From: Thermoanaerobaculia bacterium
GTDB lineage: Bacteria; Acidobacteriota; Thermoanaerobaculia; Multivoradales; UBA5704
NCBI GenBank assembly: GCA_044226625.1
Contig: JBGAGQ010000005.1
Span: forward strand, 32,001-96,000
Length of the DNA: 64,000 nt
Direction of reading: 5' to 3'
Under the pieces are notes generated by a model. The model made no database searches. It saw only the letters and a program-made list of their open reading frames with translations, and was not told the origin of the DNA. Positions within the stretch are counted from its first letter, which is position 1. The number at the start of each line of letters is the position of its first letter. Position numbers and translations under genes: made by a program. Of this stretch, positions 28,911 to 37,878 are shown in pieces.

Positions 28911-29423
28911 TCAGTTGGCCGGATTCTTCGACGTTGCCGCCGCAGCTTTTTCCGCTTCGGCGGTGAGGTTCGGGGACGGGCCGCAGGGCCCGACCCGGGT
29001 CGCCGCGGCCCGGATCCAGTTGACGAAGACGAAGTTGTCGCGCCATTCGACCCACGGCCCGGCCATCAAGTTGACGGTCACGAAGTCGAGCTGCATCGCG
29101 TCGTTGCCGACGTTGCCCGCGTAGTTGCCGAGCATGCTCACGTGATCGCCGTTGCCGCTCGCGTTGTTGCCTTTCTGAAACCAGAGCCCGTGCCATCCGG
29201 AAAAGGTGGGGCTGTACCAGGTGCCGTTGGCGAGGAAGCAGATCTGCTGCGATCCGACCGGTGCCATCCCGGGCGATTTGTCGACCGACCAATTGAGGGT
29301 CCATTTGCCGACCGGGTTGTTCGGGGCTTGCGCGTGACCGGGCGTGATCCCGGCCAGAGCGAGGACGAGGAAGACGGCGGCGAAAGTGGACAGGGGGCGA
29401 AGGGCGAGGGGGCGATCGTTCAT
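28911..29423 (-). CDS. Small secreted beta-rich hypothetical protein (170 aa)
   Basis: GGAG RBS, MNDRPLAL...PGHA signal peptide; Trp/Asn/Gly-rich mature part with two Cys. Confidence 0.7.
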   Translation of the reverse strand: MNDRPLALRPLSTFAAVFLVLALAGITPGHAQAPNNPVGKWTLNWSVDKSPGMAPVGSQQICFLANGTWYSPTFSGWHGLWFQKGNNASGNGDHVSMLGNYAGNVGNDAMQLDFVTVNLMAGPWVEWRDNFVFVNWIRAAATRVGPCGPSPNLTAEAEKAAAATSKNPAN

Positions 29424-29582
29424 GTCTTTCTCCATTGAAGGAAGGTCTAAGGAGGCGTTCGCCGTTCGGGCGCGGGATTGGACACTGCCGAAGCTCTGCC
29501 GCCGTCGAGAAGCGGCACCCGGGTAACGCCGGCCCGTTCGCAAACGCCGGAGGGAGAAGACGGCTCGCACGAGGAGACCCCC

Positions 29583-30599
29583 ATGGCCCCACTGAAAGGA
29601 ACCACCAACCAACCGAACGAGGTCGGAGTCCTCGGAGAGAGCGGCAAGTTCGAGGGGGTGCGCGGGGTGAGCCACGCCGGCTACCACGGCGGCGTCGTGG
29701 GCGTGAACGACAGCCCCGAGGCGTCGGCCGGGCCGGGGGTCTACGGCGAGAGCCGGGGCACGGGCGTGTGGGGCGTCAGCAAGACCTGGATGGGGGTGTA
29801 CGGACGCTCCGAAGGGCCCGGTGCGGGGGTGATGGGGGAGAGCGCGGGGCCGGGGGTGATCGGCAAGAGCTCCTCCTGGCACGGTGTGGCCGGCGAAAGC
29901 GAGAGCACCTCGGGCGGCGCGGCGGTCAGCGGCGAGGCGAAGAGCGGCGGCCCGGGCGTGCTGGGCAAGAGCGCTTCGGGAATCGGCGTCTGGGCGGTGA
30001 GCGAGACTTACGAAGGGTTGCGCGCCGAGACGAAGTCGGCCGACACCGCCGCGGCCGCTTTCTATCAGTTGAACGCGGGAAGCGACCGTCCGGCGCTCTA
30101 CGCGCGGCACATGGGCGGCCGCAACGCTGCGGTCTTCGAAGGCAGCGTGTTCGTCACCGGCGACGTCCTGCTCCAGAACGCCGACTGCGCCGAGGATTTC
30201 TCGATCGCCGCGGGCGCCGCGGCAGAGCCCGGAACGGTGATGGTGATCGACGAGGCGGGGAGCCTCGCCGAGAGCCTTCGCCCCTACGACAAGCGGGTGG
30301 CCGGCGTGATCTCCGGGGCGGGAGATTTCAAACCGGGCCTGATCCTCGACCGCCGGAAGGCGCCGTCCGTTTCGGAAGCCGGGCGCCGGCCGCTCGCGCT
30401 CCTGGGCAAGGTCTTCTGCCGGGTCGACGCGGGCGAGGCGGGGATCGAGGTGGGCGACCTGCTCACCACCTCCGCGGTCCCCGGCCATGCGATGAAAGCC
30501 GCCGATCCCGCGCGCGCGTTCGGCGCCGTGCTCGGCAAGGCGCTCCGGCCGCTCGCCTCGGGCCGCGGTTTGATCCCGGTGCTCGTCGCCCTTCAATAG
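29583..30599 (+). CDS. GVxGxS-repeat fibre-like protein with C-terminal intramolecular-chaperone-like (Peptidase G2-like) domain
   Basis: About 11 GV(Y/W/L)G(E/K)S-type repeats; ADCAEDF...RVAGVISGAG...ALLGKVFCRVDA...GDLLTTS..PGHAMKA...VLGKAL; GAGGAG RBS. Confidence 0.72.
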   Translation: MAPLKGTTNQPNEVGVLGESGKFEGVRGVSHAGYHGGVVGVNDSPEASAGPGVYGESRGTGVWGVSKTWMGVYGRSEGPGAGVMGESAGPGVIGKSSSWHGVAGESESTSGGAAVSGEAKSGGPGVLGKSASGIGVWAVSETYEGLRAETKSADTAAAAFYQLNAGSDRPALYARHMGGRNAAVFEGSVFVTGDVLLQNADCAEDFSIAAGAAAEPGTVMVIDEAGSLAESLRPYDKRVAGVISGAGDFKPGLILDRRKAPSVSEAGRRPLALLGKVFCRVDAGEAGIEVGDLLTTSAVPGHAMKAADPARAFGAVLGKALRPLASGRGLIPVLVALQ

Positions 30600-30621
30600 C
30601 GCGCCGTTGCGGAGGAGAGCC

Positions 30622-32160
30622 ATGTCCGATTTCGGTTTGCGCTCGTTGGAAGCGGCGCTCGAGCCGATCGCCGAGTGGCGGAAGCATCGGGCCCGGGAGC
30701 TCGCGCAGCGGATCCGCTGGGAGGACGGCTGGCAAGGCCATGGTCCGATTTCCCTCCGTGCGCTCGACCGCACCACGGGCAAAGGCACCCTCGGCGATTC
30801 GCTGGCCTCCCTCGGCGGCGGGCCTCTGAGCCTCGCGGCCGGTTATCGGAGCCTCGACTTTCCCGCCGGCCGCGGCGCGACCGAAACGCGGGGCGCGATC
30901 TCGCTGCGCGCCTCGTCCGAGCGGGTTCTCGACCGGGACGTCGTGAAGCTCCGATTTCTGTCGCAGAACACCTACCTGCTCCAGGGCCTGCAGATCCCGC
31001 TCGACCGGTGGATCGACGACGGTCCGCGGTGGGACGCGCTCGCCTGGTTCGGCATCCCCGGCGGTGGCGCTCTGCTCCTGCTGCTCGGGCTCACCTCGGT
31101 CGCGAATCTCGCGATCGCCGAGATCCTGGCACTGGCCGGCTGGACGCCGAGCAAGGTGATCCGCAAGCTGACCGGGATCGACCTGTCCGGCGCGAAGCTC
31201 GGCGCGAAGCCGGCGCTCGAAGATCGCGCCTCGGAATTCGGTCCGGCGCTGGCCGAATACGATCTCTGCTGTCTCTGCGAGGTCTGGACCGAGGACGCGC
31301 GGCGGCGCATCTTCGACGGGCTCGACCGGCATCTTTGGCGCTCCTCGGTCGGTCCCGACGGGTTGGACGATTGGATCTTGACCGGCAGCGGCCTGTTCTT
31401 CCTCTCGAAGCTGCCGATCGTCCGGACCGAGTCGATGATCTTCTCGGACCTTGGCAAGCGCAACCGCGACTCCGACGCCTGGTCGAAGAAAGGCGTGATG
31501 CTGAACGTCGTCGACCTCGGCTTCGGCCGGCTGGAGCTGTTCCAGACCCACCTCTACTACGGCGGCGGACTCCGCGACCAGGTGCCGGGTCCCCTCAAGG
31601 TGGCGTTCGAGGATCCGACGATCGACGATCGGCGCGGTGTCTGGCGCGCCGAGCTCGGCGAGCTCGCGGACTTCATCCGGCGCCATCACGAGCCGGAAAA
31701 CGTGGTCCTGGTGACGGGCGACTTCAACCTCCGCGGCGGCGACGCGCGCGAGTACGGGTTGATCCGTCGCGCCTTCGACCCGTTGGACCTCCACGACCTC
31801 TGGGCCTGGGACGTCTACGGCAACAATCCGAGCGAAGGGCTCACCTGCCGCTACACCGACGTCGAACCGCTGGTGCGCACTTTCGACCGCGAATGCCGTT
31901 ATCAGCCCTACCTGCCCGCGGGCGCCACAGCGCAGATTTGCGACGACCGGTTCGAGACCTTCCATTCCGCCGTGCCGCCGGCGGGCGTGGGGCGATTCGA
32001 CTATCTATTCGCCGAGCGGCCGAAGCGAGAGCATCGCTACACGCTGGAGGTCGCGCGGCCGTTGCGGCGACCGTTCCGCCGCTCGCGCATCACCGACGAC
32101 GAGCCGTTCCTCTCCGACCACCTGGGGCTCGACACGACGCTCTTCCTTCGGCCGCGGTGA
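30622..32160 (+). CDS. Endonuclease/exonuclease/phosphatase-fold enzyme, sphingomyelinase C-like
   Basis: QNTYL, LCEVW, GSGL, KGV, THL, GDFN, DYLF, SDH motifs in order; GGAGGAG RBS. Confidence 0.82.
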   Translation: MSDFGLRSLEAALEPIAEWRKHRARELAQRIRWEDGWQGHGPISLRALDRTTGKGTLGDSLASLGGGPLSLAAGYRSLDFPAGRGATETRGAISLRASSERVLDRDVVKLRFLSQNTYLLQGLQIPLDRWIDDGPRWDALAWFGIPGGGALLLLLGLTSVANLAIAEILALAGWTPSKVIRKLTGIDLSGAKLGAKPALEDRASEFGPALAEYDLCCLCEVWTEDARRRIFDGLDRHLWRSSVGPDGLDDWILTGSGLFFLSKLPIVRTESMIFSDLGKRNRDSDAWSKKGVMLNVVDLGFGRLELFQTHLYYGGGLRDQVPGPLKVAFEDPTIDDRRGVWRAELGELADFIRRHHEPENVVLVTGDFNLRGGDAREYGLIRRAFDPLDLHDLWAWDVYGNNPSEGLTCRYTDVEPLVRTFDRECRYQPYLPAGATAQICDDRFETFHSAVPPAGVGRFDYLFAERPKREHRYTLEVARPLRRPFRRSRITDDEPFLSDHLGLDTTLFLRPR

Positions 32161-32203
32161 GGGCCGGCCAGGCCGCCGACCGGCCCGGGCCCCTTCTGCG
32201 AGC

Positions 32204-33838
32204 TCACGCCCCCATGCCGAGCACGGCCGGATTGAAGATGAACATCCGGTCGCGGATCTTCTGTGGCGCTTCGGTGAGGCCCCACTGGATGGTGCGCGCG
32301 AGCTTCTCGGGGAGGTAATCGAGGTGGATGTCCTCGGCGTCGCCCCAGCGGCGGACGGGCATCATGCATTTTGCCTCGGCGAGGGAGGCGAGGATCGCCC
32401 GGGCGCCCCACTCGGCGTCGATCTCGCCGCTTTCGTACCGGGCGAGAACGTCCTCGGCGAAGTTGACCAGATCGGTCACCTCGTCCTCGCCCGGCGGGCT
32501 CATGCCGATCAGCGGATCCTGCTCCAGCCGGTCGAACAACGACCTGTCGCCCGTCTCCAGGTACTTCACACAGACGCTGAACAGGCGCAGGTCGCCATAG
32601 ATCTCGGCGATCAGCCAGACGCGGAGCCAGGCGTTGAACAGCTGGAAATCGGGAAACGATCGGTAGGAGTTGTTCACCACCCGGTCGCTCTGCCGGAGCA
32701 TCGCGTGCTGGAGCTTCTCGGCGTACTCGAAACGGCCGCGGTAGAACTCGTCCTCGTCGAGCGCCGCGAGCAGCGGACCGGCGAGCGCCGAGAGCACCTC
32801 GAAGGTCGTGATCATGCCGCGCGAATAGAGCGCGTCGATGAAGCCGTGGGCGTGGGCCATCAGGAAGTAGCGGTCGCCGGCGCCGCCGGTCGCCGAGTAC
32901 TGGAGGCGTCCGGTCTTCACCCAATCGCGGACCACCGTCGCCCCCTCGAACTGCTCGGCGATGCTCGGGAAACGGTTCACGTGGAAGAAGAACTCCTCCT
33001 CCGCGCTCATCCCGGTATCCGGCCAGCGCTTCATGTTGAGCGTCAGGCCGACGCTGCAGAGCGGGTTCTTCGAGTACGGCACGTTGTTGAACGGGATGAT
33101 CCAGAACCATCCCCCTTCGAACACGTGGTGGAGCGTCCCCTCGTACCATTTCGCCGAAAGCCCGGGCGCCTCCTCAGGGGTGAGGCAGTCGTCGTAGAAC
33201 CTCATGTTCTCGACGTGGGTGAAGATCGAGCGCGACTGGGTGCCGAGCGGACAGGGCTTTTCGCGCAGCTGGAAGCGTTCGGCCAGCGGTGAGCGGAAGC
33301 CCGCGCCGTCGACCAGGAACCGTGCCCTAAACGTCTCGCCCTGGTCCGTGGTCAGGCGGACACCGTCGTCATCCACCTCGAAATCGCGCACGTCGACGCG
33401 GTCGCGGTAAGTCGCGCCGTAGCGCAACGCGGCGTTCAGGAGATAGAGGTCGATGTCCTGACGAAACAGGTGGCTCTCGGTGGTAAGCGGCGTCGAAGGC
33501 GCGATCAGCAGGCTCGATTGGCGCGGATCCTGCCGCTTGCCGTCCTCGTGCCAGACGAAGCCGAGCGCGCGCTTGATGCCGCAGGTGGGACCCACGTGCT
33601 CGGAGATCGAATCGAGGCGGGTGAGGTGTTGGATTTCCGGCACGTCGAAGCGGTGCGCGAGGATCCACATCCAGAGCGTGCTCTGGGGGAGCAGCGCCTC
33701 GCCGACCGCGAACCGCGGATGGCTCCCTTTCTCGAGCAGCAGGACCTTCTTGCCGTGCCGCCCGAGGATCGCGGCCAGCATGGTCCCCCCGATCCCGGAC
33801 CCCAGGATCGCGACGTCGTAGGTTTCGGCGTTCCGCAT
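32204..33838 (-). CDS. Flavin-dependent halogenase, PrnC-like
   Basis: GSGIGG FAD motif, HPRFAVGE, GIKR, HLFRQDID, GWFWIIPFNN (WxWxIP), GFIDALYSRG. Confidence 0.88.
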   Translation of the reverse strand: MRNAETYDVAILGSGIGGTMLAAILGRHGKKVLLLEKGSHPRFAVGEALLPQSTLWMWILAHRFDVPEIQHLTRLDSISEHVGPTCGIKRALGFVWHEDGKRQDPRQSSLLIAPSTPLTTESHLFRQDIDLYLLNAALRYGATYRDRVDVRDFEVDDDGVRLTTDQGETFRARFLVDGAGFRSPLAERFQLREKPCPLGTQSRSIFTHVENMRFYDDCLTPEEAPGLSAKWYEGTLHHVFEGGWFWIIPFNNVPYSKNPLCSVGLTLNMKRWPDTGMSAEEEFFFHVNRFPSIAEQFEGATVVRDWVKTGRLQYSATGGAGDRYFLMAHAHGFIDALYSRGMITTFEVLSALAGPLLAALDEDEFYRGRFEYAEKLQHAMLRQSDRVVNNSYRSFPDFQLFNAWLRVWLIAEIYGDLRLFSVCVKYLETGDRSLFDRLEQDPLIGMSPPGEDEVTDLVNFAEDVLARYESGEIDAEWGARAILASLAEAKCMMPVRRWGDAEDIHLDYLPEKLARTIQWGLTEAPQKIRDRMFIFNPAVLGMGA

Positions 33839-33925
33839 GCGGTTCTCCTCGTAGTAGCGACGCTCTTTAGGAGAATCGGTGCGGTAGGGGGGCCCGAGCG
33901 GGCCGCGGATGGCGAACGGATTCGC

Positions 33926-34603
33926 CTAGGAAGGCTCCTTCCAGACCGCTTCGGCGGTGACGAAGCGAGAATCGGTCGCGCGTCTCGGGCGGAACAGGAC
34001 CTCGTAAACCGCCCTGCTGAAGGGTCCCACGGGACCGATCGAGATTTCGCGCGTCTCGGCCGGTTCGCCGTCGACCAGCAACGTGACGGTCGCCGTGGTC
34101 GCCGGAATGGTCCGGTTCCGCGGGTTGAGGACCTGGCCGGAGACGATCCACTGCCGGCCGAACGGCGCGCAGTGGGGCGAGCCGAGGAAACGTAGCGGAG
34201 TCGACGATCCGGCTTGCGCTTTGGGATCGTCTTGCGGGTCGGCCTCTCGTCGGGCCTCCGCCAGCTCCGTTTCGAGGTCGGATTGGAGCTTGTCCGCCTC
34301 GCGGCGGATTCGCGCCTCGTCGGTCTGGAGCGGGCCGTCCTCGGGTGGCGTCGCCGACGGGAGCGTCGGAAGGGGCGGCTGAGCGACCGGGGGCGACGCG
34401 GGAGCGCTCGCCGGCTCGGCTTCGTCGAGGGAGCGCAGGTCGCTCAGGAGATCGCGGGCGTTCGGATCGTCGCGAAGCCAGACATAGCCGCCGGCGCCGA
34501 GGAGCAGCAGCACGAGGAACGCCACACCTCCTGGCCCCAATCCTTTGGGCGCGATCGGTGAGAACGTCGGATCGGTTGAGGTCGAGATCTCGCCGTGTCG
34601 CAT
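33926..34603 (-). CDS. Single-pass membrane protein with C-terminal Ig/FxLYD-like domain
   Basis: TM helix VAFLVLLLLGAGGYVWL, Pro-rich linker, coiled segment, VSGQVLN beta domain. Confidence 0.55.
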   Translation of the reverse strand: MRHGEISTSTDPTFSPIAPKGLGPGGVAFLVLLLLGAGGYVWLRDDPNARDLLSDLRSLDEAEPASAPASPPVAQPPLPTLPSATPPEDGPLQTDEARIRREADKLQSDLETELAEARREADPQDDPKAQAGSSTPLRFLGSPHCAPFGRQWIVSGQVLNPRNRTIPATTATVTLLVDGEPAETREISIGPVGPFSRAVYEVLFRPRRATDSRFVTAEAVWKEPS

Positions 34604-34620
34604 GGTCTCGAACCTGGAGA

Positions 34621-34986
34621 TCAGCGTCCTCGGCGCCCGGAGCGCCGCCCGATCAACCAACCGATCGCGAGGCCGATCCCGAGCGCGGCGAGGCTTCTCT
34701 TCGGATCGGACATCGGCACGAACCGGGTCCCTTCCGGCGCGACCTCGAGCGCCCCGATCGGCCACGCTGCGATCACCCCGCCGCCGCCGCCCCCTCCCTG
34801 CTCCCGGGACCGGCTCTCGGCGCCCCCTTCGAGACCGCCGGCTCCGCCGCCGAACAGGCAGGCGACGCGAGCGACCGGGATCACCGTCCGCTCTCCTTGC
34901 GTCACCGGCTCGCCGAACGCGGCCTTCCCGCCGCCGGTCGCGGTCATCTGTTCGCCAAGGCTTCGAATCAGTGTGTCGGGTTGCAT
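34621..34986 (-). CDS. YtfJ/GerW-family protein
   Basis: AFGEPV...TVIPVARV...FGGGAGG...GGGGGGG...PIGAL motif; C-terminal hydrophobic anchor. Confidence 0.8.
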   Translation of the reverse strand: MQPDTLIRSLGEQMTATGGGKAAFGEPVTQGERTVIPVARVACLFGGGAGGLEGGAESRSREQGGGGGGGVIAAWPIGALEVAPEGTRFVPMSDPKRSLAALGIGLAIGWLIGRRSGRRGR

Positions 34987-35121
34987 GGGCACCTCCGCAG
35001 GGTCGTTGGGAGTCGTTCCGCTAACTCTACCCAACCGGCGCCGCAATACGACGAGCCGCCCGGAAAGGCCGAAAAGCGTCCCGCGAGGTCGACCTCTCAT
35101 GCGTTCCTGTTTGGGCCGAGG

Positions 35122-35499
35122 CAGGGAGTGCTTCGCCCAACGCAGCGAACTCGTTTCCCTCCATGGGGAACTCACTTCCCTGGGCAGGGAAGTCACTGCC
35201 CAGGCCAGGGAACTCGATGCCTCATGCAGGGAACTCACTTCCCTGGGCAGGGAAGTCACTGCCCAGGCCAGGGAACTCGATTCCTCGTGCAGGGAACTCA
35301 CTTCCCTGGGCAGGGAAGTCACTTCCCAGGCCAGGGAACTCGATTCCCCATGCAGGGAACTCACTTCCCAGGGCAGGGAAGTCACTTCCCAGGCCAGGGA
35401 ACTCGATTCCTCGTGCAGGGAACTCACTTCCCTGGGCAGGGAAGTCGCTGCCCAGCCCAGGGAACTCGGTTCCCCATAGCGGGAATCGAGTTCCTCGCG
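35122..35499. repeat. Tandem array of 18 x 21-bp self-complementary units with 63-bp higher-order period
   Basis: Consensus CAGGGAACTCACTTCCCTGGG; variants A/B/C cycle five times between 35164 and 35478; degenerate edge units. Confidence 0.95.
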
Positions 35500-35571
35500 G
35501 GCGGCTCCGGCTTTCTGGATCGAGCTGGTCTCCGGCCGCGCGGCGGGCTTACTGTCTCATGGGTCTGAGCT

Positions 35572-37032
35572 TCACTCCGCCGGGATCGGCGGCGGACCGT
35601 CTGGGATGTACCCCTTGTAGACGACGCCTTTCGTCTTCTCCTCGAACTCCTTGCGGATCTCCGTCCGCTTCTCCGGCTGCTCGAACAGGTCGACCATCGT
35701 GGCGGCGAGGGTCTTCGCCGCGAAGGTCATCCCTTTGTGGCCGATCGACATGCCGCCGGAGGCGACGACCGGCCAGGCGTGCCAGGGGGCGGCCAACGGG
35801 GCGGTCGTGACCGAGACATGGAGGGTCGGCACGTTCCAGCTCACGTCGGCGACGTCGGTCGAGCCCCCTTCCGGATCGCCGGGGTTCTCGTCGATCGGCT
35901 GGATCGAGCCGTCGACGCCTTTCGGCTCGACGCCCGTCTCGCGCTGGATCGCCTTGGCGAACTCTTGCTCTTCCGCGGTGAACTCGATCGGTCCCAGCCA
36001 TTCCATGTTCGCGTGGAGCACCCGTTCCCCGGCTCGATTCACCAGCATCTCGTAGTCGCCCGACTGCACCCGGAGCGTGCTCTCGACGCCGGTCGCGAGC
36101 GCGGCGCCTTCGGCGATCTTCTTCACCCGCTCGAGCAATTCGTCGACCGAGGCGTGCTTCGTGTCGCGCACCCAGGCCCAGACCTTCGCGTGATCGGGGA
36201 CCACGTTCGGCACGTCGCCGCCGTCGGGAATGACGTAGTGAATCCGCACGCTCGGCCGGACGTGCTCGCGCATCAGGTTGAGCGCGTGGGTGAAGATCTC
36301 GAGGCCGTCGAGCGCGCTGCGGCCGTTCCAGGGGTCGAAAGCCGCGTGGGCCGCCTTGCCGTGGAACTCGACCGTGAAGTCGACCAGCGCCTGGCTGCTC
36401 GTCGTGTCGGCGCGCGTCTCGTCGGCGGGATGCCAGGCGAGCGCGACGTCGACGTCCTTGAACAGCCCCTCGCGAACCATGTAGAGCTTGCCGCCCACCG
36501 ACTCCTCGGCCGGCGTCCCGTAGAACCGGATGGTCCCGCGGAGCTTGCCGGCGGCGATTTGCTCCTTGATCGCCACCGCGGCCCCCAGGCTCGCCGCGCC
36601 GAACAGGTTATGGCCGCAGCCGTGACCGGGAGCGCCGGCGACCAACGGCTCCTTCGTCGGCTGCGCTTTCTGCGAGATCCCGGGAAGCGCGTCGTACTCT
36701 CCGAGGATGGCGATCACCGGCTGGCCCTCGCCGTAGCTCGCGACGAACGCCGTCGGCATCCCCGCCACCCCGCGTTCGACGCGAAATCCCTGCGCCTCGG
36801 CGTAGTCCGACAGGATCTTCGCCGAACGCGTCTCCTTGAGCGCTGTCTCGGCGAACCCCCAAACCTGGTTCGCGAGGTCGACCAATTGCGCCCGGTGGGC
36901 GTCGACCGAGGCGACGGCGGCCGTCTTGGCGGCGCTCGGAACCGGTTTCGCGGCGACCCGCGGTTTGGCAGCGGCGAAGCCAGGGAGGGAAAGAAACAGC
37001 GACAGCGCGAACGCCGATCGGCGGAGGTTCAT
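35572..37032 (-). CDS. M20 amidohydrolase, AbgB-like, with signal peptide
   Basis: GEYDALPG, GHGCGHN, GTPAEE, WHP, GGSTDVADVSW; N-terminal signal peptide from MNLRRSAF. Confidence 0.88.
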   Translation of the reverse strand: MNLRRSAFALSLFLSLPGFAAAKPRVAAKPVPSAAKTAAVASVDAHRAQLVDLANQVWGFAETALKETRSAKILSDYAEAQGFRVERGVAGMPTAFVASYGEGQPVIAILGEYDALPGISQKAQPTKEPLVAGAPGHGCGHNLFGAASLGAAVAIKEQIAAGKLRGTIRFYGTPAEESVGGKLYMVREGLFKDVDVALAWHPADETRADTTSSQALVDFTVEFHGKAAHAAFDPWNGRSALDGLEIFTHALNLMREHVRPSVRIHYVIPDGGDVPNVVPDHAKVWAWVRDTKHASVDELLERVKKIAEGAALATGVESTLRVQSGDYEMLVNRAGERVLHANMEWLGPIEFTAEEQEFAKAIQRETGVEPKGVDGSIQPIDENPGDPEGGSTDVADVSWNVPTLHVSVTTAPLAAPWHAWPVVASGGMSIGHKGMTFAAKTLAATMVDLFEQPEKRTEIRKEFEEKTKGVVYKGYIPDGPPPIPAE

Positions 37033-37115
37033 CGGATGTCTCCCGTTCGAAAGTCGGGAGATCTTACGCGATCCGGTCCGCGGCGCCCGGCGAAGGTTCG
37101 GCTTCTTACCCTCGC

Positions 37116-37712
37116 TCAGACCGCGAGGGATCGGACGACGAGCCCCACACCGGTACCGACCAGCGAGCCCGCGAGCACGTCGAGCGGATAGTGCGCGCCC
37201 AGATAGACGCGCGAAACGGCGATCGCGGGGGCGAGCGCCAAGAGCAGGGCACCCAATCCCTGCCCCGCGCCGGCCAGGGCGACCGCGATCGCGAACGCCA
37301 CGGCGGTGTGGCCGGAAGGGAACGAGAAAGCGTCCGGGCTCTCGACCAACGCGGAGAATCCCTGAAGGCCCGAAGCCGCGGGTCGCGGCCGGTTCCAGAG
37401 CCGCTTCAGGGCTTGGGAGAGGACCAGGGCGGCGATCGCCGCCTCGGCGAGCCGGCGGGCATGGATCGGCCCCTCGCCTCCGGAGCCCGCGAGCACGAGG
37501 CAGACGACCGCCCAGCTCGCCGGATCGCCCAGCCTCGTGAGGGCGGAGAAGATGCGCGTCGCGAGCCGCGACTGGAACCGGCAGACGGCGAGCAGGAGAT
37601 GGCGATCGAGCCGATCGAGCCGGTCGCGGAAGGTGCGCGGCCCGAGCGGATCGACCGCTTCGGTCGGCGGTTCGATCGGTGAAACGCGATCGGAAAGGGC
37701 GGGGAGCGGCAC
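37116..37712 (-). CDS. PAP2-family phosphatase
   Basis: KRLWNRPRP, SFPSGH, SRVYLGAHYPLDV; start uncertain. Confidence 0.88.
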   Translation of the reverse strand: MPLPALSDRVSPIEPPTEAVDPLGPRTFRDRLDRLDRHLLLAVCRFQSRLATRIFSALTRLGDPASWAVVCLVLAGSGGEGPIHARRLAEAAIAALVLSQALKRLWNRPRPAASGLQGFSALVESPDAFSFPSGHTAVAFAIAVALAGAGQGLGALLLALAPAIAVSRVYLGAHYPLDVLAGSLVGTGVGLVVRSLAV

Positions 37713-37878
37713 GAGGGCACGATCGCAGCCCGCGATGTCGGATCCGTGACGGCCGCCGCACGGAATCGCGAGAGGCTCGTGGCGAAGAGGTGACGGCGAG
37801 CGGGGCGGGGTTCCCGCCGATTCCTCGATAGACTTTGCCCTCCCGTCGCTCCTTTCCTTCGCCACGAGGCCGCCGACC

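Noticed and set aside
28911-30788. 625-aa minus-strand ORF
   Set aside because: Mostly antisense to the fibre gene; only the last 170 codons look protein-like
35122-35499. CRISPR array
   Set aside because: Units are directly contiguous with no unique spacers, and no cas genes are in the window
28900-35500. Prophage, mobile island or biosynthetic gene cluster
   Set aside because: No integrase, transposase, att/tRNA site, capsid genes or NRPS/PKS seen; GC appears host-like
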